From the human T2T-CHM13v2.0 reference genome, Homo sapiens, in the NCBI RefSeq assembly GCF_009914755.1, contig NC_060939.1: a stretch of 64,000 bases of DNA; one strand, given 5' to 3'. The notes beneath the pieces are model-generated. The model had not been told where the DNA came from. It saw only the letters and a list, made by a program, of their open reading frames with translations, and did no database searches. Both the position numbers and the translations under genes were made by a program. The first letter of the stretch is position 1. Each line of letters begins with the position of its first letter. Below are positions 39,959 to 53,005 of this stretch, piece after piece.

Positions 39959-40783
39959 TGACCCACCTGCCTTGGCCTCTCAAAATGTTGGGATTACAGG
40001 TGTTAGCCACTGTTCCCGGCCTGTATTGTATTTTAATAGGTGATTATTGGTTTTCATATTAAGATAGTGAAATCTAGCGCAAGGGTCTCAAAAATTTGTT
40101 TGATGATTGAAGGAATATTCTGAAAATTACCTAGTATAGATGTTAGGATAAAGAGCAGACCCTTCTCAATATAGGTGAGAGGAGAAGTTGGAGGGTGTGA
40201 TGATACTCAGAAGTTTTTCACAGAAGAGAAATTGGGGCGTGCAGTAAACATGTAAAAAGATTCTTACTAATAAGCAGGTAGGTGCGAATGAAAATCATCA
40301 TGGAAGGTTATTTTTAAAACTGGTTCTATCATTGCCTCACTTTACATATTACAGAGTTGTACCTACTACTTTGTAAGATAACTTTTCTTTTCAAAACTGA
40401 AGTCAATGTGATAGAATGGTGAGCATTATTTTGGAAGGCCAGACTAGGAGGAGGTGGGAGGAGGAAGTCAGACTCAGCCTGTGAACAGACGCTAACCTTG
40501 GCAGAAGCCAAAACAGTCAGACAGTGTTGTGTAAAAATGATCATTCAAGAAGAGCGAAACAGCAAGGTGATTTGTGAAAGAGATTTATTAGAAAATGAAA
40601 CACATTTATACCTCTGTTCAATAAAAATCTGCTTTTCGTCAACTGATGCTCCTGGTTTTTGTTTCTACACATAGAGAAAGCAGAGCCCTGGCAGCTTGGG
40701 TCAGGCAGCCGAGTACAGACCAGGGAGCCCTGGGCAGTGGCTGCAGCTCTCAGCTGGCCTGTTCATGGGGCCATGGTGGGTCT

Positions 40784-40872
40784 GTGGCGTGGGGTGGGCC
40801 CGTGGCGTGGGGTGGGCCCGCGGCGTGGGGTGGGCCCGCGGCGTGGGGTGGGCCCGCGGCATGGGGTGGGCC
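40784..40872. repeat. G-rich 18-bp minisatellite (GYGGCRTGGGGTGGGCCC) x ~5
   Basis: Units start at 40784, 40802, 40820, 40838 and 40856. Confidence 0.95.
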
Positions 40873-41599
40873 TGCTGTCCACAGCCAGCAAAACTAACTT
40901 AGTGCACACACAGTGAAATTTTGAAACAGGAAGTTTTAGAGCTAGTTTCTGTCATAGATTTTAGTAAATGCTATTTTGCAAAACCTTTTTCTGATGTTTG
41001 TTTTGTTTTTCTAATCTGATAATGCATATTTCACACATTCTGGTCTTTAACAAATGGAAATAAAGAGAACTAAACAATATAGTTTGTGTCGATGGAAAGA
41101 GCTTGGGATTTGTTCTCAGAAAATTTCAGTTACAACAGTTTGTTCATATAGGTGGACTTCCAACACAGTAACTATAGGAGTAAGAATAAAAGCTGTGTTT
41201 ACTTTCACAGAGTTAATTAAGAATACATGAGAAAATGGATGTTAAAAACCTTGTAATTAAAATGTACAGTTACATGCAAAGTTTTAAAGTGAGCATTTTC
41301 CAGAGGTGCTTTTCTAAGTTCTTGAATGCCTCTCCCTTTTCTGAAGTGGCTGCTTCGTGGGGCTGTTGGTCTTTGGCAGGGGGTGAGTGCAGGGTTCCTG
41401 TTGTGGGTCCTTTGTTCTCACGAGGGCAGTGCCCGTTTTCCCCGTCTCCTGCTTGCCCAGACTGTTCCCGTGCGCAGAGAGACTGGCCTGTTTGACCTGC
41501 AGCTGTGCTGTTTGAGCTGCAGCTGTGTAGCCTGCGCTGGCCCATCTGGCTACACTCAACACCGTTTGCTGATCAGCACTTGAAGTCTGTCCGTCATAG

Positions 41600-42715
<1,116 letters not shown>

Positions 42716-43860
42716 CAGGTGGCTCTGTGCTGTCCACACAGGTTGTCTCCTGTGTCTTCGTCTTCGCTGCGTGTGACTTTTTGGTTCCTGTGGCACGTGG
42801 GGTCCTGTATGGGACATTGGTTCTACAGCAGATTTATAGTAAGGATGTACCTACTAAAAAATACAAAATAGAAAGAATAGACACAAACATAGAAATAAGT
42901 ATCACCTCACAAAAATTTTGGAAAGTAGAAAAAGAAAAATGCATTCGCAGCTTTCCAGTAGCCGATATCCAGGCTGTCTTCATAAGCATGGATCATGTGT
43001 CCCTCTCCCGCATGGGTAGACACTGTTTTCTCACCTTAAGTGTTTGTGAGTGAAGGATTCTTGATGTGTTGACTTGGCAGATGCAGTTGTTGAACAGTAG
43101 TTTATCTAAAGATCGTAAGAGACTTTTGGAGACATTTCATGTCCTTTTTTCCCTTGGAAAACGTGAGTTGGAGAAATCGCTGCTTGCCAAAAATAAGCCG
43201 TGAAACGTATTTCAGAGTAGATCGTTATTTACTTGCTGGCGAGGAGCCACAGAATACCATTTACATTTGAAAATAGAGCGCTGCAAAGTTTTTATAAGTA
43301 GTGAATCCCATCAGAATTACACATTTTGATTATGGCTCTAAATTTTATATTAAATAAACTAAAAATTTCATTGTATTGTATTACCGTCTCTTGCTCCTTC
43401 AGGTGTAGCATACATGCTAGATTCTAGACCTGTTTCTTGTGTTACAGTGGTGTTATCCAGGCAGGGTATCATGTAGTGAAGGTGATGTCGAGTGGTGGTG
43501 GTGAGCCCAGTGAAGGCGCATCCTTGCCGTGTGTGATGAGGGCCTGTGGGTTGCTATGGGATTCCCCAACCCTGGCTCCTCTGTCTCCTGCTTCTGTCCT
43601 TACTCACACTGCTGGTAGTTTTCTGGTGTGAGACACGGGGGCAAGTGGGATTGACAAGCCTGCTGTCACATTAGGAACCTGAGTTAAAGTGGAGCTGAAA
43701 GCATGTCCTCGCTCTTGATGTTGTGCAGAGAGCCACCTGTGCTCCTGGCTCAACGGGGCGGGTGTGGTGGGTCTGGAACCAGGCCCTGGTTTGGCTCTCC
43801 TCCCCTCCATGTTCCCCTGTCCTGTCTGATTTGCTTCACACTGACATAAGAGTTACTTTC

Positions 43861-44435
<575 letters not shown>

Positions 44436-46129
44436 TTTATTTACTTTGTATATCTCATCTATTACTGCTGCAGTTTGCAGAAGAGAGGATGCCCTCAAAC
44501 CTAACTTCTCCAAACCATCCCAAATGGGAAGTCTGCTCCACGTCAACAGCATTGTTGCTTTTAAAGACTATACGTCAACATGGCAGATTATAGCAAAAGG
44601 ATGTCGAGGGAGCAATAGGAAAGCAAGCCTGAGAGTCCTGGAGAGAAGGTGGCAGAGCTGCCTTTTGAAGGTGGTTCCTTCCTCAGACCCTGCCCTTCCT
44701 GCCTTGTTCCTCCAGTTGCCAGATTTGCTGTTGGAGCTCCTCCACGGGCGAAGAGGTGAGGCTGGACTGAGAGGGAGATGGAGAAGCTGCCAGAGATTCT
44801 TTTGGATCTAGAATTGAGACAGCAGTTCCAGCCAGGTCCAGAGGTGGGGGCTGTCACCCAGCCCCCAGGGGAATGGTACTGATTGCAGAATGTGGCGAGA
44901 ACTCCCTGGCTGGGAGAGGGAGGTGCTTGCTCCCTTGAATCACCTGAGCCCAGGCTGGAAGGCCCAAGGGGGAGGACGAGGCCAGCTCACTCCAGCTCCA
45001 TCCCCTCCCTTTAACCCTAAGCTAGTTAACCCTCCCAGACTCCAGTCCTTTTTCCTAAGTGCCCTCCCTGCAAAGTCTGCACCGAGCAGCGCTCCCTCGC
45101 ACCAGCTCACCCTGCACTGTCTTGTCTTTCAGCAACCCCATGGGTTTGAACTTGAGACGATTCATTTTCCTAAAAGCCTCTTTGGGCTGAGGGAAGGCAT
45201 GGGTGGCTCTGCCAGTTTTGGAGTGGGGGCCGACTCTTCTCAGAGCCGCTGCAAGGGCCAGGGCCACCCTCCCAGGCGGGTGTCTCTGGGCTGGGCAGCA
45301 GCTTTGTAGGCAGCCTGGGTCATCCCCACTGGCCTGGGAAGCTGGGGGTGCACCGGCTCCTGCTCCTGATAGGGCCAAGGCACCTTCCTTACCTAAGAGC
45401 TGACTTTCTTGAAGAGTGGGCACAGAGGAGCCGGCAACCTGGGCTGTGTAGGCACCCAGGAGAAAATCTGCAGCTCAGTATCAGAAGTCTCCACCAGCAC
45501 GGCTGTTGCAGAGATGGGGAAACTGGGCTGAGAGGGAAGGGGGCTTGCCCAAATCACCAGCCCTGGAATGTTTTGAGCTTTGGGGGTGGATCTCCCAGGA
45601 AACGTGTTTTATGGCACCACCGCCTCTGGTCACCCACCCCGAGGTGTGGCGGGCCTGGACAGCCAGCTTGACTGAGGGCCAGGCTGGTGAAGTCAAAACT
45701 ACCACTCAGGAAGAAGACCTAGCCCTTCTCCAGACAGAGTTCAAATGTGAGGACTGCCTTCTTTGGGCCTCAAATTCCCCACGTGAATTCCAAGGACCCC
45801 TCTAGCTCCTACACTCTGGGCCAAGGTTTCCTCTGAGCCGCAGTCAGCCTAGAGGACCTAGGATACATCTTCCTTGGACAGAGACCCACCATAGGGGCAG
45901 CAGGAGGTAGGGGTGGGGGTAGGCAAGATTCCTGTGGGGAGGTGGAGCTGTCATCAGAGATGGTGTCTGCAGGCAGTGGGTGTATCGTGGCTCTGCTACT
46001 ACTTGCTGGGTGGCCCCATGACGTTTCTTTCCCCACTCTGACCTCAGTTTCCCTATCTGTTCTGTGGAGATAAGATGCCTGCCTACATATTTGTGGACTG
46101 GGATGTGTGTGGGCCAGTTGCAGTGTTTC

Positions 46130-46280
46130 TTGGTGTGGTCCTGGGGCAGGCTGCACCACCCCATAGAGATTTCTGGGCCCCACCCTAGGCTCACAGGACC
46201 AGAATCTCTGGGAATGAAGCCTGGGAATTTGCATTTCCACAGGCATCTGGCTGATTCTGACATGACTGAAAAGCACTAAT
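46130..46280. mobile_element. MER5-type DNA transposon fragment
   Basis: ttctgggccccaccc...cagaatctctggga.tgaagcctgggaatttgcattt...ctgattctga. Confidence 0.7.
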
Positions 46281-49250
46281 AGTATATAGCAAGCTCTTTA
46301 TAAAAGGTAAATTCATAGCTGCCTTTTACTAAACATAAATCTTACCTTCCCTTCCTCAGTTAAGGACACACACCGCAGTTGAAAATCACTGTGCCTTTCC
46401 AGATGCAGAGTCTGACCTTTCCGATAAGATTCTGTTAACTGCTGCTTTCTGCAGTTTGTATTCCAAAACAAGGGGAATATGTTTCCATTTTTTCAATACA
46501 AATGTTTAAGTCGGATATGCTTTCTCAAACTGGACACACACTCACACAGCTTAGGGTTTCAGCTATGGCTTCCTCTCAAATTATTAGCCTCTTTCTGCCA
46601 GGGAGCAGTTTTTCCCAGACAAGACCCTGGACAGAGGTTGGTGGGGCCCTCCTCATCAGAATCACTAGATTATGACTGACCCCTAGAGGTGGCTTTTCTG
46701 CTTAAGTGTCAGCCCATGGGCTGGGTTGTGACCCCCAAAGCTGCGGCAGAAGCTTCCACCCATCCTGGGTCCCCCCTGCCATCTATGGGGAAAGGCCTGT
46801 CCCTTGTCTTCTGGGCCCAGCCGGCCTCACAGGCATTCAGCAGATTGGAAAGTCGAAGCATGTGCTGTGCTTGGCTGGGCTCTCCTGCGCCCCTTTTTGG
46901 GGTGAGGTGGAGTGCATCCAGCCCCCGGCATCCCTGCCGTTTATTCCCACCCCTCATCCCCACCCCCATACACACTCACAAGTACAAACACAAGCACAGT
47001 CACTGGCACACACCACTCTGGACAGCACCATTTCCAGCCTCAGCGGGGCAGTTTCCTTACAGGGAAGTTAATGAGGCACTAACGAAGGCTCAGGGGACAG
47101 GGGGAACCTCTATCGAGAAGAGGCTCCTAGACCTGGTTCTGCCTCTGAATTGCTGGGGGTCCTTGAGAAAGTTGCTATCCCTCTCTGGTCTCAGTTTCCT
47201 CAGGTGAGAAATGGGGGGCCGGCCAAATGGTCTAAGGTTCTGGGAACCTCTAAATCAGAGCCCGTAGCTGGTGGTCAAGATGAGGGAGAGGCCCTCAGGG
47301 TCAGCCGAATGCCTGAGAGGCAGGACAGGCCCAAAGGTGAGCAACGTGAGCACATCAGGTGGGCTCAGAGCTGGCGCATGAGCCCCACAGCCTGCAGAGC
47401 AGCCCTGTACTCGGGAGCCCGCTCACACCCACCCAGTGGGACTTCAGAGATGTGGGGTCCAGCCTTTCCTACTATTGCTGGGCTGAGGGCTGGGAGCTGC
47501 AGATTCTGACCCCACAGCTGCCTTAGACATGCCAGATGGTCTGGGGCAAGACACACCCCTCTCTATGAAATGAGCAGCCAGTCCAAATAGGTACATTAGA
47601 GAAGGGCTGTGGGATGGACCCAGCTGTAGCCTGGGGCTACAGACTGGCTTCCGGGGTACTCAAGCAGCTGGCCTCTGGGGTAGCAGCCCCAGGTATGAGA
47701 GGCAGGACTCAGAATCTAGGCCAAGCCTCCATAGGAATCCCCTCTGGAGAGCCCGGGCACTCTGCAGGAGGGGCAGCAGGCAGCAGGTGCACCAGGAGCA
47801 TGTTTCACAAGGTGCCCAATATCGCATCTGCTCAGATAGGCAGCGAGTTGGAAAGTGGATGCAATAGGCAGGGTGGCGGCTGCTCCCCACAGCCAGGAGT
47901 CCGGCCCAGCACCCACCTGAGTCCGCCTCAGTCCTGCTCAATTGGGTTATCCGTGCTCTTGGCCCTCTGGTCCCACCCACAGAGGGAGGTCTTTGGGGCG
48001 ACCAGGTGAGCTGGCCCTTGTGGGAGGATGTAACTGACTCCTGAGCCTGGCGAGCCAGGCAGCCCCTCGCCAACATCCCCACCCCTACCTCTCCAGCCCC
48101 CCCGCATTCCCTGATCCTCCCATCCGCTCCCCTGACCCAGCAGTTGCCTCTGCTCACTCTCTTTTCCTGCTCCCAGGCTCGCCTGGTCATGTGTCCTTCA
48201 CTCTCCTCTGAGTCTCCCTCTTTCCAAGCCGCCTCCACTCTACTTGACACACTCTCCCTTAAGACACCAGAGTACACAAGCGCAAGTCCCTGCACCTCAC
48301 CTTTACTCCCAGACATGGGAGGGAGATGACATGAAGACCCAAACGCCACTTAGCAGGAGATCTGGGGTATGCAGAGGGGCAGAACGGAGGCTGTGGAAGC
48401 TCCAGGGGCTCCCTGCAGGAGGCCACATGTAAGCTGGCTATTGAATGTGGCTCTGAGCTGAGACCTCTCCTTGAAGCTCCAGACCAGGAGCCAGCTGCTA
48501 GCTGGACCCCTCCATTTGGTGCCTCAGAGAAACTTTGCACTCTGTAGGTCTAACTTTGAACCCAGAAAATTCCCCCATGTCGGCCCTGTCTCTTCACAGG
48601 GAAAGCACCACCTCAGACCCAGTTCTGCACCAAACCCACATTTGAGTCACGAGGCTCCTGCCCTGCACTGTGAGCACTCTGGATAAGCCAGTGCTGAGGG
48701 GGAAAGAGCTCTGAATGCCAAGCCAAAACATGAGCTTCAACTCCACCTCCAGCTCTGAGAGCTGTGGGTAGGGAAGGGCCCTCGTCCAGTTTGCTGTAGA
48801 AAGATCAGTCTGCCACTGTATGGCACATGGATGGCAGGGGCAGAGTGCAGGTGGAGAGAACAGAAGGTGGGCAGGGCGGGGGAGGCAGGGACATGGCTGT
48901 AGCCGTGGAGATGGGAGGACAGACAGGACTTGGTGGCCACTTGGGTGAACCAAGGGAGGGGTCAGGAAGAGACACCCAGTTTTGTATCAGATGTGTAGAG
49001 CGTGGGATGCTGTTCATTGACGGAGGGAGGAGGAGGAGGAAGAGATATGGCATGGGGAGGAGGTAGCTGAGCTCTGTCGTGAATGTCATTTGAAGTCCCC
49101 AGGGAAAGCCAGGCCGGCCAGCACCTTCACTGCTTCAGCCAGCTCTCAGGGTGTCTGTGCTCCCTGGCCCTCTCAGCTCCTGCTTCATAGCTGTCAGCTG
49201 CAGTGGGAGACAGCTGCACAAGGGCCCAGCATGTCTGTGTGTTTACCCAG

Positions 49251-49399
49251 GGGACTGCCGCATGGCCCATGCCGAGCAGAAACTGATGGACGACCTTCTG
49301 AACAAAACCTGTTACAACAACCTGATCCGCCCAGCCACCAGCTCCTCACAGCTCATCTCCATCCAGACGGCGCTCTCCCTGGCCCAGTGCATCAGCGTG
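49251..49399 (+). pseudogene. Isolated copy of nicotinic acetylcholine receptor beta-4 (CHRNB4) exon 2
   Basis: cccag|GG GAC TGC CGC ATG...AGC GTG|gtaggt, 149 nt. Encodes DCRMAHAEQKLMDDLLNKTCYNNLIRPATSSSQLISIQTALSLAQCISV versus recalled CHRNB4 NCRVANAEEKLMDDLLNKTRYNNLIRPATSSSQLISIKLQLSLAQLISV. Exons 1 and 3 were not found. Confidence 0.9.
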
Positions 49400-50993
49400 G
49401 TAGGTGCAGAGGGTACCTGTGGCTCAGGCTCAGGTGAAGAGGAAGCTCATGCCCAAGCCCTAAGCAGTCAATGTCCAGAGGAATGAAATGACTAGAGTTG
49501 ACTTAGACTCACCGGTACACGGTGGGGAGGCTGGAGGAGGGTCCATGAGGTTTATAGGTGTCCAGTATTTAATGAGGTCATGGTTTTGTTAACAAAGAAG
49601 AAATGAGGGTGGGAGCGAGATCACCACTGGCTAGGCAGCCAATGGGCCTGCATAGACTCTGCTCAGCTGAGTCTCCAGCACGACCATGAGCTTCTCCTCC
49701 TCATCCTCCCAGCCCCACCCTACTCTCTCCCCCAGCTTGCTCAACAGGTGACCTTATAGGCTCCCTACTCTTTGCAGGGAATAAGAACCAGACTGGGGGA
49801 ACTGACGGGTACAGAGGCCCAGGTGTAGGCGCAGGACCACAGGCAGTGAAGCGTCTACTGACCCAGGCGGGTGAGGGTCTGGAGAGTGGGCATGGCTGCT
49901 GCAGGCATGGAAAGCAGGCACAGATGGCGGCACTCCCAGGGCCCATTGTCAGGGTCTCCACATGTGGACATGTGCAGAGGTGGGGGTGCTGAGGGAGGAG
50001 GGGCAGGGAATTTCTCATCTTCTCTCTACTGCCTCTGAGTTGGAGATGTCAGAGGGAGCCATGGCCCACTGTAAAGTAACACAATGTCCCCACCCACAGG
50101 ATTAGAACCCCTCCCCTGGAAGCAGCTCTGAGGGGAACAGTCACATGTAGAGAGTGCAGGGCACTGTGTCCAGCCGGGGGAAGGAGGTCACCAAGGGGGT
50201 TGACCCCCCTCTGGCCAGGTGGCTACCTTCTGACACACCAGCCTCTGTCTCTAGCACGGTGGCCCCCACACACCCAGCCTGTGAAACCTACAGCCCTCAA
50301 GAAGGCTTTGGCCAAATTAATGAGCGGCTCCCTCTCCCAGGAGGAAGCACAGGTGAAGGATGTGGAGGGCAGTAGAGTTGTGTGTGCTCCGCCCCCTTTC
50401 TCCACAGTCGGATGGAAAGAAGGGGGCTTTCAGCCAGGCTCGCCCAGCCTGGGGTCTGAGTGTCACTGTCCAGCTATTGGCTTCTTGCTTAATGGGTGAG
50501 CCCAGCTGCTCCCGTGCAGCTGCCGCCCTAGTGAGGGTGAACCGGCAGGCGAGTTACATTTCTGAAAGCCTGGGAATACAGTAAATATTAGGCTGTGGGC
50601 TGCTGGGCCAGGAAGAGTTGTTTATTTTTCAGGGTTTGTTTATCTATTGACTTGATGAGGGAGGGTTATAGGTACAACCAGTTTAAAGATGGAAATTTTG
50701 AGAGAGCAGGCAGGGATTTAGTGCTGGGTAAGCCTGGTCAAAGCGGCTCTTTTGGGGCGGCCAGAATCCAGTACCAATGTCCTCAGCATGTTCATCAGCT
50801 GCTGGGGGAGTGCGGGACAGCATGAAAGCACAGGAGAACTTTCTGGATGATAGAAATACTCTGTATCTTCAAAGGAGGTGGGTTCCATAGTAATGTTAAA
50901 TGAGTTAAAACTCATCAAAATGTAAACCAGACCTGTGCATTTCACTAATAGAAATTATACCTCCAATTAAAAACATGTTTTAAAAGACAGATG

Positions 50994-52195
<1,202 letters not shown>

Positions 52196-52433
52196 TAAAT
52201 AAAATTTTTTTTTCAGGTTTGTGCTCAGACTATATTCTAAACAGTCACATGGCGGCTTACTCTTCTCCAGGCCTTGCTGCCGGCTTTTACATGTTTATTG
52301 TCTTTGCCTTCTTGTCATGTGCTCATTAGATGGCAGCTTCCAGGTGCTCCTAAGGGGCCAGGAAAGAGAGTGAGAAGGCACGGAGGTTGCCAGATCATCC
52401 CCCTTGGGGCCCCGCCCTCATCAACTCCCTCAA

Positions 52434-52622
52434 CCGGGTCTCCTGCAACTATCGGTGGGCCATCTCGGCCACCGCTTCGCCCTGAGCTTCCTGCTGCTGC
52501 AGCTGGGCAGTGCCTCCTTCTCAGAGGCCAGCTGCTGATAGGCGGCCACGTACTGCTGCAGGTGACCCAGGTAATGGTCTCGCTGCTGCTGCAGACTCAG
52601 CCTCTTGGCTCTTCAGCTCCAC
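52434..52622 (-). pseudogene. Degenerate ancestral golgin exon (VELKSQEA...LGHLQQYVAAYQQL...QLQQQEAQGEAVAEMA) in the last GOLGA6L intron
   Basis: Acceptor cctgcag|GTG retained; frameshifts, a stop, and donor mutated to CGG|ttgagg. Homologous to GOLGA2/GOLGA6 segments as recalled. Confidence 0.75.
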
Positions 52623-53005
52623 CTGCAGGATAGGCGTCAGGGTAGGTAGTGGCTGGCTTCCAGATTCTGGGCCCATAAACAGGGTAGTGAGGGCACTGCG
52701 GGGCTCTGTCGCCTACCCAGGCCCCTGGCCCTGGCCCCTTCCTCCAGGCCTAAATGACTGCCTCCCTTGCCTAGAGGCCCATGCCTCCCTCCCCAGCCTC
52801 AAATCTCACACCCTTCTTCCCACCATTTAAACTGTAGGCCACAGACTGGTGGAAAAGCAGAGGGAGCCAACCACCATCTGCTAAGTTGTGGTGAGGTCGT
52901 TCTGTATGATCTCCAGGGTTTGCACACACCTCCGCCTGCTCCCCCCAAGAGCTCGGCCTTCTGCCCCAGCTTCCCCAGCCTCTCCTCCAGCTCCTGCAGC
53001 CTCAC

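Noticed and set aside
41540-41583. QHRLLIST peptide resembling the next HERC2 exon (FQRLLISK)
   Set aside because: Only a few residues match; no upstream homology or splice sites. Treated as chance.
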